This document shows, one piece after another, positions 12,099-24,546 of a stretch of 64,000 nucleotides of DNA. A program made the translations under genes and the position numbers. Source of the DNA: Oikopleura dioica (taxonomy: Eukaryota > Animalia > Chordata); contig OU015567.1 of NCBI GenBank assembly GCA_907165135.1, positions 5,580,001-5,644,000 of the forward strand, read 5' to 3'. A model generated the notes under the pieces. That model was not told the origin of the DNA. It worked only from the letters and a program-made list of their open reading frames with translations, and ran no database searches. Within the stretch, counting starts at the first letter, position 1; every line of letters begins with the position of its first letter.

Positions 12099-12852
12099 GG
12101 ATATAGCCTGTAAAATTCAACTTTCTTAGCGGCTAAACGCGTGGTCGGATCTTTTTCATTTCAAAAGCAATCCTACCTAAAAATGCACGAAAAACTCAAT
12201 TCTGGTATATTTTTTAAAATTTTTAACTAAATTTTTCTCTCTAGAGCGACTTGAAATCTTACGATCGCGATTTCTCAAAATTTTTCCACTAATTCGCTTA
12301 AACTAAACCGTGTTCTCTGTTGTCATGATGCTAAGCTAGAAAATTGAGGGAATGAAATTCTCAAACTCGGTCATATTTTCATTCTAGTATTCTCCTCTTT
12401 CTTGCTCTTGCTTTTCTTTCCTGCGCGCTTTATCGCGTGTAGCCAATCAGAGCGCTCGCAAAAACACGCACGCTCTCCCGGGAAAGAGGAGGCGAGAGAG
12501 CGAGCACCCAGCGCAGCGCTTTTCATAGCTTCTGCGCGCTGAGTTAGCCTCATGGAAATGGCTGTAAAATCGGTTTCTTTCGGACTTAGAGAAAACTAAA
12601 CCGTCAATTTTGTAGATAAAGGTCTGAAGAACCTATCTATCGAAAAAACTCGACCGATTTAGTGAAAAATTTTCGAGGAATCGCGATCGTAAGATTTCAA
12701 ATCGCTCTAGAGAGAAAAATTCAAGTAAAAATTTTTAAAAAAGTACCAAAATTGAATTCTCCGTCCATTTTTAGGTAGGATTGTACTTGAAATGAAAAAG
12801 ATCCGACCTCGCGTTTAGCCGCTACGAAAGTTGAATTTTACAGGCTATATCC
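12099..12852. mobile_element. 754-bp non-autonomous DNA transposon with about 200-bp TIRs and TTAA target duplication (Kolobok-like)
   Basis: TTAA|GGATATAGCCTGTAAAATTCAAC ... GTTGAATTTTACAGGCTATATCC|TTAA; arms about 12099-12293 and 12659-12852. Confidence 0.85.
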
Positions 12853-13642
12853 TTAAGCCATTCCTCTTAGTTCCTTCATCATTGCCGATTTGTCTGTTTC
12901 TTCTTTTTCAGAAGTTGAATTTTTCTTTGCTAAATTGGGCTCCATCGAGAATCCGAGCAGATTTAGTGCTTAAAAATCGATCTTATTTTCCGAAGAACAG
13001 AAATAAAATTAAACTACCGTCTTTTTCAAACAAATTTATTTCGTCTTCACTTTCCATCTTTTTTTGTCTCTTTTTTTATTTTTTCTTCTTTACTTCTTTT
13101 TAAGATTTTTCTCAAAAATAAGAGCTGTTTTTCGCTTTTTTCTTTTGAATTCTTGTTTTTGGACTCTCGTTGAAAATTTAATTCATTCTTTGTCAGCCGG
13201 AAAAGCGCGAAAATACGGAATAACAACCCTTTCCGCTCTCAAATTCTATCGAAAGCGCGGTAAATCAAAGTATTTTCTTTCAAGTGAACCGACAAATTTC
13301 GCCCAAGGCACAATTCCGAACAATCTTTTCCTTTCTATCTTTTTTTTTATAGAAAAATCGATACTCAATGGATTTTCTGAATGAAAAATGAAAGGCTTAA
13401 ATTCGGGTTAATAAGATTTCGTCAAGAAATAACATTTGGTACCTCGCAGCAAGGATTAAAAGTGTTGTAGTTGATAACAACTTGTTTGACAGGGTTTCTG
13501 CTAAAGAGTCAAGACTTGTCTTTTCTTGACAAATGCAGACTTCGCGGAAAAACCCGTTATCATCAATTTTTCTTGTTTTTAATCTATCTCCGTTAAAATC
13601 GTTTCTCTGAGCATCAATTCAAAATAAATTCGAAAGAGGAAA

Positions 13643-15577
13643 ATGCAAGAAATCATTTGGCTGTTTTTATTTTTGAATAAAAATGAAGCGAGCAGAATAA
13701 AATGCGATGAAGTTGCACAGAGAGTTTGTACCGGAGAAGAAATTGAAGTCAACGAAAAGGTTTATGGGCTCGAAAATTGCTACAAGCTTTGCGATGAAAA
13801 TGAGGAGTGCGCGTTTTTTGGTTATGTCTCAGGAACTTGGTTTTGTCGGTTCTTTTTGGGGGGACGGAAAAAATTATGAAACCTTTTGAGATATTTTCCA
13901 AGCCGCGATGAGATGCGGAAGCCAGTGCAAATACAATCTCTACGACTGCTTGCTTTACAGAGCAGATGCTTGCCGCGAAATCGAAGAAGATCTGGCCATC
14001 AATACTTACGAAAAAGCGGCCTGTTCTCTCGCTGAATCGAACCGGGAAAAGACTTGCTACGGACTGCGGCTTTATGACGGCTCAATAAAAAACAGGACTT
14101 ATGAAGAAAACGGCTGCTGGATGAAAACGGCGGAAGATGGGAAGTGCAAGATTCTCAATCCGGAGTGCGTGGTGACTGACTGCTCGAGTAATACTTTCAA
14201 TACGAAGATAAGAATCGATGTGTTCACGGAAAACCCAGAAAAAGACTGGCCAACGCTGAGGGGAGAATTTTCCAATCAAGGATTGGTCCAGAAGAGACAT
14301 TCAGCGAATCTCTTGATTCAGCAACCTCTGTGGAAAACCTGAGTCAGGGTAAGAAGATCTTCTATGAAAAGCCGCGTAGACCCTGACTCAGGTTCTCCAA
14401 ACAGGGTGCCAAACAGGGGCCAATCTACCCTTACTCCAAGCTTTTGCTTTTTTCTTGACCAATTGTAGCCCTGGAATCCTGCGACAATAAAGCCGATGCA
14501 TTTTCAATTTCATACAACGCAACAACCAAATTCATTGAATTTTCCCAGCGAACCGACTGTTCAGGAATCACGACCGGAGGAGAAATCGACGCTCTCTTTT
14601 TCTTCTACAATTTCGACTTCTCCGTCTTCCCGGATTCCAAACACGATCCAACTCAAGTCGCGGGAAACGGAGATTGGAAGCTGTATTTTCACGATGATCC
14701 AAAAGTCAATTTGCGACTTCAATGCGCAGTTTTAGACAGATTCTCGGAAAAAAGTGAACTTGAAAAATCGCTGAATATTTCGACTTTTGAAACGCTCAGA
14801 AGCAGAGTTCCCAATCATTTTATTTTTAAAAAAGTGGATAAATCAAGCAAGAACCTTCCTGTCATTTTGATTCATTTTAAATAAATGAAAATCGAATGAT
14901 GTCATTTTATAACCAAAATTTCCGGCTTTCGATTTTCTGCTTTTAAATTTTTCAAAGAAAATTTTGATTTTTAGCCGCACCTTGAAATTTCTTTCGATTT
15001 TTCAGATTTTCAATCCAAGCATTTTTTTAAATGATTCGGAACTCTGCTCAGATCGCCTGTTCTACCGAGTCGACAGGAAATTATACAGTGGTCTGCGCAA
15101 ATGAGTTACAGTCTTAACGGTAAGCCATGTCCTTATTCTAGGCTGGAAAACCCTCACTCAGGTTTTCTACACCGGTAGCTGAGCCGAGCCCTTACTTTAG
15201 CGCGTCAAGTAAACGTCCCAAACCAGCAATTCTGGCCGGCGCAACTTCTCGCCATTTTCGAACAGACCCTCCGTTTTGATCTCACAATCACTTGGGAAGA
15301 CAAACCCGCCGATTCGACCACAACCTTCGCCCTTGAAAACTGCTCGATCGACGGAAAAGAAGTGATGAAAAATGGCTGTTCTTTGGACGTGACTCGTTTT
15401 CACCGAGTTCTCAAATCGAGCCCGAGTAGATTTGGAGCAAAAACACTTGAGTACAAAATCCTCGATAAAAATGAAGGGCAGTTGGAGTCCAAAATCGAGT
15501 GCTCGTTTGTTTTTTGCCTCAACGGGGAAGAAGATCCAGATGAATGTGAAAAGCTCTTGAAAGACTGTGGAAAATAA
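13643..15577 (+). CDS. Secreted PAN/apple-like plus ZP-domain protein
   Basis: Signal peptide; NCYKLCDENEECAFFGY (PAN-like); ZP-like CSSNTF and FALENCSIDGKEVMKNGC...IECSFVFC. Confidence 0.7.
14319..14410. mobile_element. CCTGAGTCAGG-family MITE overlapping an exon/intron boundary of the ZP gene
   Basis: gcaacctctgtggaaaacctgagtcagggtaag ... gaccctgactcaggttctccaaacagg. Confidence 0.75.
15151..15192. mobile_element. Solo right TIR of the MITE family in a ZP intron
   Basis: ccctcactcaggttttctacaccggtagctgagccgagccct. Confidence 0.65.
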
Positions 15578-15744
15578 ACTGTCAAGAAACTAAAGTCATA
15601 TTTTTTTCGCTTTTGCGAAAAATAATTTTTTCTTTATTTTTGGTTAAAACACGAGCGGACCTGCCCCGCGTCCATTATTTTGATAAACGATGACAGAATC
15701 GAGCTTACCCAAATCATATAGTTCTTGCACTAAAAAGGCGAAAA

Positions 15745-18460
15745 ATGAGAGATTTTTGTAAAAAAATTTCCTTCAAACTTTATATTTTTCTCGTTACTCT
15801 TTTGTTTTTTATATCTATCAGAGATCATCCTATATTTGACGCGAAAAAACCTAAAAATGAAGAAAAGAGAGAAAAACTAGCAAAACCGCCTGAAAAAATC
15901 AAAAAAATCAAAGAAATTCGACCCGAAAAACCCGAAAAAACTCCTCTTCCACCTGCGAAACCCCCTCAAAAATCAAGAGACCCGCTAACTTACTGCCTTC
16001 CTGGCCAGAAATACTCAGACATCCACCCTTATATCAACCAAAACTGGCAACTAAACCTCTCCCGAGAAACCTCAACCGCCGAGGAAATGCATGAAAAGCT
16101 AATTCACCGCCTTTCGGAAACAGAAAAAGAAGACTGGATTTGTAAAATCTTCGGCGATCGACTCACGGAGCAAGAAAACAAGGACGAGGAGGTGAGCATT
16201 GCTCATTTTTACCAAGGCGGGCGAGGGGAGGAGAAGCAGATGAAGGATAGAAGCTTCAAAAAAGACGATGAGAAATTTGGAGTGAAGGGATATGGATACA
16301 GAATGTGCGGAAATTGTGTTTTCACGAAGGATCGGGAGAAAGCGGATGTGCTGGTCGTCGACAACGGGAAAGGGTTCGCCAAAGGGCGCGAGTTCGAATC
16401 CCGCGGAAGCAGACTTTTTGAACCCTCAAAAGACCCCTCCTTTTTCATCAAAAAACCTTCGGACTAACCAACAACGCGACTTTCAAAAACAACGAAAATC
16501 TCCAAAATCCAAAGACGAGAAAGAACTTTCCCGACCTTGAGCACCGAAATCTTTCGCAATACTGGGTTTTTGTCAATTATGAAAGTGGCGCGAAAAATAT
16601 CGAGACTCAGGCGCATCTGATGCCGGATGATCTGGACGGAGCGTTTAATATTACGTATTCGTACAGAAGAGATAGCGATATTGTCAGGCGAGGTTTTTGA
16701 TTTTTGGTTCTTTTTTTGGGAAATCGATGAGAATTTCAAAGCGCAGCTTGACATCGAAAAAAGCGAAAAATTGAAAGTGGAAAATTTTGGTTACAAAAGT
16801 GCTCGGATTCAAAAACTTTTACTCACAAAATGAAGCAAATGAACAGCTTGAATGATTTTATCCATTTTCGAAAACAAAAATTCTGATAAAATGAAGCAAG
16901 ATAAACAGTGTTTTATACTCACACTCCTCCCTCCAACAGAATGAGTATTATTTTCTGCGTCAGTTTAAATCATAAACACAATAAATGGGCTCGACACAAT
17001 TTCTGGAGTTAATAAGATTTGGAGCAAATTAATTGGAGTTAGTTATTTTTTTAATTTACTAAAAGGAGTTAGTTATTTTTTTAATTTCTTTTTAGGACAT
17101 CTTTTTTTTACCCCTTGGTTGTTGCAAATTGGAGCAAAACTTTAAACCCGATTTTAAGGGTGTTAAGGGCCTCCCGGCCCCGTCAAACCCCGGTAAAAAC
17201 GCGCCTCAGGGCCCGGGCTATCTTTTGCACTATTCGGATACCCTTAATTATTTCTGCAACACCCTTAAAATCGGGTTTGAAAGTTTCGTCGCTCCGATTT
17301 GGAGCAGCTAAAAAAATAACAAACTCCTTTTAGAAAATTAAAAAAATAACTAACTCCAATTAATTTGCTCCAGTTCTTCTTAACTCCTGAAATTGACCAT
17401 AGCCCAATAAATGTCAGTAAGATCAATCCTTTCAAATTCATTTTCCTCAAATTTTTGAATTGAAAAATTGAAAACCGAAAAAGAGGCTATGGCTCGACTC
17501 AAAACATCCTTCGCGACTTCTACTTCAGTTTCAAAAGCGGCGCTTCTCTCGGAATCTCCGACGAGGAACACTTGAAAAGAATCATAGACTGGAAAAACAG
17601 TCTGAAAAAGAACAAGAACAAGAAAAACTTGCACACGGCCTGGTTTATTTCGAACTGCGATCACACAATCGGCGCTGTAAAACGATGGGCGTACGGAGAA
17701 GAAATGATCAAAAGCGGGCTGAAAAAGCATCTTCTCGGCGAAGGCAAATGCTTTGAGAAAGAAACCGAGCATGTTTTCAGCAAAAAATCGCTTTCGGACG
17801 CATTTTGGTCGAAGATGCGCTTTTACCTTGCTTTTGAAAATGCGATCCACTGCACCGACTACATTTCCGAAAAGTTTTGGCGAAACTCGCTGACTGCTAC
17901 GCTCGTTCCGGTCGTTTTTGGGCCACATTATTTGGATGTTGCGAAAGTTGCGCCGCCGAACTCGTTTATTCATGCCGAGCAATTTGCGACGCCAGCCGAT
18001 TTGGTGTTTTATATGGAGTTTTTGTGGAAGAATGATACTGCTTACTTGGACTATCATAGGTGGAGGAATTTGAGGCCGGAGTCTGTTTCGCGAAGAGGGG
18101 AGAGCTACAGAGCTATTGGTTAGTAGGGTACCCTCTTAGCCAATCAGAAGCACGTATTTCTTTTAGCAGCCAATCAAAGACGAGAAAATTCTTGTTGCTT
18201 TTTTCCCAAGAATTTCGATTTCCTTTATAAAAATGATTTTCTTCTCAAAAAATGAGTCGATTTTAGACCGAGATATGTACGATTTTTGCCGAATCTGCCG
18301 CCTTGTCCGAGAAAAACGCGCCGAAAAAGTGTCCCGTTGGTACAAAAGCGTGATGAAATTCTGGAGATACGATGTTCATGATGAATGCAAAGCGAAAGCG
18401 ACCTTTCCTGAACGAATCGAAAACATAAAAGACAATTTTGTCGAAATTCCTCTTCAATAA
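15745..18460 (+). CDS. FUT-like: Alpha-1,3-fucosyltransferase (GT10), type II membrane protein
   Basis: N-terminal TM; QYWVFVNYES, FNITYSYRRDSD, AWFISNC, FYLAFENAIHCTDYISEKFWRN, PVVFGP, SFIH motifs. Confidence 0.9.
16998..17394. mobile_element. Foldback/MITE in the FUT intron with nested inverted repeats
   Basis: About 85-bp outer arms (ggagcaaattaattggagttagttattttttt...) plus an inner IR aaacccgattttaagggtgtt / aacacccttaaaatcgggttt. Confidence 0.7.
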
Positions 18461-18469
18461 ACCTTTTTA

Positions 18470-19012
18470 TTAGAAAAATAATAAAATTAAAAGAAAACTT
18501 AGCTTTTTGAAGAAGTTTCTTTTTTGGGAAGAAGATTCAAGGGTCATTGTTCTTCGCGTAGTTTTGATCAGATGAAGCTTGATTTTCTCGGTGATGGGTT
18601 CTGGTGTTGAGGATTGGGTCGTTCTGCTGTGGTAGAAGAGCCTTGTTCTGTCGGTTTTCCGAGCCGGTTTCTCTGTTGTTTCGGTGGTGGAGGTTGAGTC
18701 GGGATTTTGCTCTTCGCAGATGCCGTTTGTACTGATGCTGTAAGAATAATTCTGAGGAAGATTGATTGGTTTAATTCCTGAAGAAGGAGGAGGGTTTTCT
18801 TCTAGGCAAGGGGTTTCCGTAGATGTTGTTGTTGTCCAGTCCCAAGTTGAAGTTGAGGAAAAAGATGAGGTCGAAAAAGTTGTACTTGTAGTCGACGAAG
18901 TTGATGAAAAAATTGAAGTGGTCGAAAAACAAGTTGCTGGAGTCGTAGTTGCTGGCACTGTAGTCGAAGCTGGGTACGTCTCTGCGCAGGAATATCTCTC
19001 CCAATACGACAT
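18470..19012 (-). CDS. Ser/Thr-rich mucin-like segment with hydrophobic C-terminus (possible GPI signal); 5' end unresolved
   Basis: 180-aa ORF with STT-rich tracts, ends KKLSFLLILLFF*. Confidence 0.5.
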   Translation of the reverse strand: MSYWERYSCAETYPASTTVPATTTPATCFSTTSIFSSTSSTTSTTFSTSSFSSTSTWDWTTTTSTETPCLEENPPPSSGIKPINLPQNYSYSISTNGICEEQNPDSTSTTETTEKPARKTDRTRLFYHSRTTQSSTPEPITEKIKLHLIKTTRRTMTLESSSQKRNFFKKLSFLLILLFF

Positions 19013-19640
19013 TTTTCTTTATGATCTTGTGAACGAGTTTTAAGATTGTGTGTTTCTGGTTGCTATTTCTCGGAGATTGTAAAGAAGAAGGTCAGACTTC
19101 AGGGTAACGGAAGGGCAAACGATGACGATTATTACGCAACATCGTCAACTTTTTTTACTAGTATCATGTGCTCAAATCAAAAAGGACATTTTTTATTTGA
19201 TTTGCAATATATGCTTCCAAAAATTGGACATTCTAATTCACCAACAAAAAGGTAATTATCATCGAAGCAGCTAGAAGCTCCGAGCTCGTGATTTTCATCT
19301 TTTCTGTCTTTTTTAGTAAATTAATGAAATTAATTCGGGATTTGTTGGAAGTAATTGAAAAAATAGACAGGAAATGAACTTCTTTCGAGAGTTTGTTTCC
19401 GGCTTCAGGTCTTTATAAACGAGCCTATCTGGGTCCAGTTCTCAAGAGAGGCGATTTTACGGCAATTCATTTTTTTCGAAAAGACAATTTCTTTACTTTT
19501 ATTCTTGACGGCATTAATTTTAGAGTCGAAATCTCAAATCGTGATTTTTTATTTTTATTTGAACTCTTTTTCATATTTTTATCGGAATTTTTGCCCTTAT
19601 TTTCGCTGTGAAATAGCCTCTCTTGAATTCAAAAAATAAT

Positions 19641-20925
19641 ATGGACGAAGCGAAAGAAATCTGGATTCCTGAGGCAAAGATTGTGCTCGACATTGCGCCG
19701 GCTGACTTGCCTGATGGTTTCGTGTAAGAAAGGGTCGGAAATTTAAGGGCCCTGACCGCGCCGGGCGCCGATATTTTAAGAACTCAAATTTTTCCTTAAG
19801 TTTTGGCGAAGATGACTCTGATTTCGACCTTTCTGACTGTGAGGACGAGGCGGATGGCGACTTGCCCGATAGTGATGAATCATCATCTGATGATGATGAA
19901 GAAGAGCAGGAAGAGGATGGCTACTGTCCCTATAGCTTGGCTCCGCAGCCTGTGTTAAAAACCTGAGTCAGATTCTGAAATATCCTTTATTTCTTTTTCA
20001 GACCTTGACTCAGGTTTTCTACGCAGGTTGCCGAGCCGAGCCCTTCAGACACGGATGGGGAGAGGAAAATAGAAAAAAGTACGAAGAGATGAGGAAGAAG
20101 AAAAAAGCAGAGAAGGAGAAGAGGAAGAAAAAAGAGACAAAGAACAAAGGCAAATCCAAAAGCAAGAGTAAATCTAAGAGCAAAAGCAAAAGCAAGAGCA
20201 AGAGCAAGAGCAAGGATTACGAGGAAACACCAGCTCAAACGGCTAAAAACAAGTACGGCGAGCCAGTCTTTTTCCGAACAAAGGCACTTCGAAAAGGAAG
20301 AGATGCATGTCTTAGAGCGCACAATGAAAAAAGAGCTCTTCATAAGGATACTCCGATGATGAAGGTAAAACACATATTTTTGCTTTGTCTTCCAGTCTCA
20401 TTTAGCTGAGTAGAAGCATGTGCATTTCAGCGCAAGATTACGCTGATAGAAAAATGGCACGAGAAGTTTCTGGTCACGATCCAGACTGGTAAGGAACTGC
20501 AGATAATCTGATATTAAAAAAAAAAATTAAGGAACGGGGGAGAAAATATGGCCGGAAGCACCAAGTGGCAACATAAACATTATCCCTTGCGACAAGAATA
20601 TTATGAAGAAGCAGCTCGAAGGGCCGTGCAATGCTGGTACGGCGAAATCAACAATTACGACTTTAAAAATGCAAAGTCGAAAAACGGTGGCAAAATCGGC
20701 CATTTCACTCAACTCGTCTGGAAAGACTCGGTCAAACTCGGCGTCGGAATTGCCAAGCAAAGGGAAGGATTCAAAGTTGGACCGCCGCCGAAAGGAAAAT
20801 GGACAACCGGTTTGAATTCTCATTGTTTTTTCTTCAGCATTGAGCTTTTTCAGTGATTTGCCGATACTGGCCGCATGGCAATGTTATGTCCAGAGCAAAG
20901 GATCAAGTCGGAGAATTGAAATGAA
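19641..20925 (+). CDS. CAP/SCP (GLIPR2/GAPR-1-like) protein with acidic and Lys/Ser-rich N-terminal extension
   Basis: CLRAHNEKRALH, GENMA, WYGEINNYDF, GHFTQLVWKDSVKLGVGIA, VICRYWPHGNV; (SK)n tract. Confidence 0.85.
19933..20044. mobile_element. CCTGAGTCAGG-family MITE inside the CAP coding region
   Basis: tagcttggctccgcagcctgtgttaaaaacctgagtcag ... ttgactcaggttttctacgcaggttgccgagccgagccct. Confidence 0.85.
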
Positions 20926-21436
20926 ATATTGTTCTTGAGTGAAACAGAAAACTAAATTAATAATGTAAAATTATCCAGAAAATAAATCATCGTTTATAAA
21001 CATTTTATTTTCTCCTCGGCAAATGAGTTTTACTTGTCATCTGAATCAATAGGTAAAAAGACTTTTTTGAAAATTCATTTTATTATTTACAAAATCAAAT
21101 GCAAAATGCTCGAACAGAAGCGATCGAAAACTGAAGTCAGTAGAAAAGTAAAATCTTCTTGTTTCTCCGTATTCAATCCATTCCATACTTCTCAAGAGGT
21201 GCTTTTTCAATTTATCTTCGGCAGCGTGCACTTGCTGTCGAGTTGTTCGTTTTTCAAGAAAGCCTCCGCATTTTGGCATTTTTCGTGATTTTTCTTTTCT
21301 TTGAATAGACGTTTTTGATTGGCCGAATTAGCGCACTCAGTGAAACGTCAGTCAGTGTTCTTTTTAGTAGCGTCGATTTTACAAAAATTTACAAAGCGGC
21401 AATTTTAAAAATTTGATAATTTAGAATTTTAGTCTT

Positions 21437-24003
21437 TTAGTAGCTCCCATTTTGCGGATAAGTCGCGTTTGGGGAGAGATCTTCGGCCCATTGCTCGAGC
21501 GAAAGTGGGGCCCATTCGTGGTTGCAGCCGTGGTCGTAGCAGCATTGCCTGAGAAAGGGATAAGGAAAGAGAAATCGAGGGGGAGGACGTACCTGCAGAC
21601 GGAGTGCTCTTCAGATGGGTCGCATTGGGAGTTGATTGGTGTTTCGGACACGAAGTTCTGCGATTTGTTCACTTCGCAAGCTGATGCCTTAATGAATCGT
21701 TACTACTGCATTCAATTATTTAATAATTGAAAGATACTTGTTTGCAGCCAGTGTTGATCCAAAAATCAATGCCTCTTCGCCTGACTGTAAGTTGGCAGGA
21801 GTCCTGAAAGTCAACACACTGCTCGAACTCTCCGTTTGTCCAGCAATCTTCCCAAGAGCTTGAGTCATCGCATCTCCAGCAGCTTCATGAAGAGGTTAAG
21901 AAGATGAAATTAGGATGAGATCTTACCTTATTCGACCAGTTCTTTCGTAAATCTTTCATAGCTTATCAAAAAATCCATATTTAAAACCATTATTTTCTTC
22001 ATTTTATTGCATTATTATCCGAATTATCGACCCTACTCTAGAATAAACTATTTGATAACCAATCTTTGAGTCTTCCACTTTATTCTTGAACGGCATCAAA
22101 ACCGTTGGATCAAAAGCAGCCTGTCCATATGTCTCTAGAAACCTCTCTAACCATCTACCCTTCGAAAATCCCCATTACCTTCGTAGTAGTAGTTTCCATA
22201 TTCGCCATCGTAGTAGCTTTCATAATCGTATTTTGAATCAAATCGGCTTCCTCGAGCAATTTGCTTTCTTCGGCCATTTTGTTGGAAGAGGCCGAATCCG
22301 TTTTCGTGGTTCTTTTCAAGATCTTCCGAAGCTGTGATTTCTTCAACCTTGATTTCTAGTGTATCGGAATTCTGGCTGTTGGCAAATCTAGACGGCTCCC
22401 GTTGTCGAGCAATAAGCGTCTTTGGCGGCTCACTAGTAGGACAAATCGACGCTCGGCAAGGCTGTTGCTGGACGGAATCGCCGAAGCAGTCAACAAGTCT
22501 TCCCGTGGAACAGGCTCGGACACGATTTCGAACGCCATTTCCACATGATTTCGAGCACTCGGACCATTGCTGCCAGAGCTTCCATTCTGGACACGCTTGT
22601 TTTTCGCATTCTTGGAATTCGACGGAGCTTCCTTTGCAGTCAGTGATTCGGCCTGAAGAACAAGCTCGGTTTCGTCGTTGATTTCCGCCTCCGCAAGAGC
22701 GAGAGCAAGTGGTCCAGTTTGTCCATTGCTCGAAAACTGGGCAGGGGGAGTCATTGCAGGTCTCGGTTTCGATTGATGTTCCGAACTCTTGGCAGTCCAT
22801 CAAATCACCTGTCGAGCAATATCTTCTTCTCGAATGAGACCCGCCTCCGCAGGAAAGAGAGCAAGTCGACCAATTCGCCCAGCCGAGATAGACTGGACAA
22901 GCTTTGAGAAAGCACGGCTCAGACTCAGTTTCAGGGCCTTCGCAATCAGAAGGAATTCCAGAAGAGCAAGTTCTCGAGCGAGTTTTGATGCCGCCTTCGC
23001 CGCAGGATTTTGAACAGGCGGAGAAATCGGACCAGTTGGAAAAGGTGGCGAGGGGCTTTTCGGGTTCAGTGGTGGTGCTGGTTGTTGTGGTGGTTTGGGT
23101 AGTTGTTGAAGTTGTAGAAGTAGTTGAAGTTGTTGTTTTGGTGGTAGTAGTAGATGTTGTTGAAGTAGTGGTGGTAGTGGTGGTGGTTGATGTGGTGGTT
23201 GTGGAAGAACTTGTGGTAGTAGAAGTTGTAGTTGATGTTGTAGTAGTTGTTGTTGAAGTCGTTGTTGTAGTAGTTGAAGTTGTTGAAGTTGTCGTCGTTG
23301 TCGTCGTTGTCGTCGTTGTCGTCGTTGTGGTTGTAGTCGTTGTTGAAGTTGTCGTAGAAGTCGTAGTAGTAGTAGTTGTAGTAGTAGTTGTAGTAGAAGT
23401 TGTACTTGTAGTAGTTGTTTTTGTCGTGGTTGTAGTACTTGTAGTGGTGGTCGTAGTGGTCGTTGTAGTCGTCACTTCAACAGTTGTCGGTTCTTCTGTT
23501 GTTGCCCGCTGGTTCTTTTTCTTTTGGAACTTCTTTTTCTTTGGCTGTTTTTTCGCTGGCTCTTTTGGCTGGAATTCAGGTAGTGGCTTTTCTACCTTGG
23601 CGAAAGGCAGAGTTGTTGGAACCATTGGCCGTGTTACCGGCTGAGTCGTCGCAGTCAAAGTCGGAACAACGCCATTTTTCAAGTCGCCGAGGTTGTCTCC
23701 GTAAATCGATTCGAAGCCGCCGTAAGAAGCGCCGAAAAACATGTCGAGTCCTTCATACTCGTATCCAGCGAAGCCGTCCATTCCAAAAGACAGGTCCATT
23801 TCGTCGCCAACATTGCCGATGTAGTTTGATTCGTCGAGGTTGAAAGCGCGGGTCGTTGGCTTGGCTGTGGGAGGACCTCGATTTCTGTTGCGATTATTTC
23901 TTCTTGGAGATCCTGAAAAAAAGGATGAGTGTTGGAAAGGGGAAAAGGGGGACTTACTTTGGGCGGAAGAAAGGCCGAGTATGAGAATTATCAATTTCGT
24001 CAT
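21437..24003 (-). CDS. Secreted mucin (poly-Thr) plus 4 TSP1 repeats, probably continuing into a C-terminal Ly6/uPAR-like Cys domain
   Basis: Signal peptide; about 140-aa Thr/Ser tract; four WSxCSxSCG..RxRxC repeats; phase-consistent GT-AG introns lead to SCWRCDDSSSWEDC...SVCRQCCYDHGCN. Confidence 0.8.
23060..23480 (-). repeat. ACN trinucleotide-type repeat encoding poly-Thr
   Basis: (gttgtcgtc)n / (gtagtt)n on the + strand. Confidence 0.9.
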
Positions 24004-24395
24004 TATCCTTATCGGATAAATCGTCGCTTAGTTGCCGCTTTTAAGGGATCGACAAGAATTATTGCTTTAAAAAAGCGAGAATTGATAAATTTATCTTCTT
24101 GAATCTCTTTGTCTTTTGAAAATTCTTGTCGATCCCTTTCCTATTCGGTTTGAATATGCCCCAATCGAGCGGCGATCTTCTTTTTATAGCGCGCAATATC
24201 TTGACCTTTCGGAGATGCGAGGATGCGAATGCATGCATTTTTCGGTATTTTGGTGTTTCCAACAATTTGACCTTTTCATTTATTTTCAAGATTTTTTTCA
24301 AGACGATTTTTCGATCTGGTCAAGATTTTATTTCTCCAATGCAACGAGCTAAAACATCATTTTTTCAAAAGAGTCTGCATATTGTTTTTTTTTAT

Positions 24396-24546
24396 GGGCT
24401 CTGGCCACGTGACCTGTATTGAAAACCTGAGTTAGGCTGATTTTCAAAAAGAGATTATTTTTTCTTTCGAAAAATTAAAAATAGAGCCGCAAGTGTATTT
24501 CTTTTTTTTTGATTTTTTGAATACCTGACTCAGGTTTTTACGCATG
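24396..24546. mobile_element. Degenerate CCTGAGTCAGG-family MITE in a divergent intergenic region
   Basis: gacctgtattgaaaacctgagttagg ... acctgactcaggtttttacgca. Confidence 0.65.

Noticed and set aside
16385-16410. tRNA T-arm-like GTTCGAATCCC
   Set aside because: Inside the FUT ORF; no D-arm or acceptor stem can be folded
19400-19450. Kinase-like VYKDLKPE on the - strand
   Set aside because: No other kinase motifs nearby
22904-23644. Poly-Val ORF on the + strand; also the antisense ORFs at 18762 and 20019
   Set aside because: Antisense shadows of Thr-, Ser- or Lys-rich coding repeats
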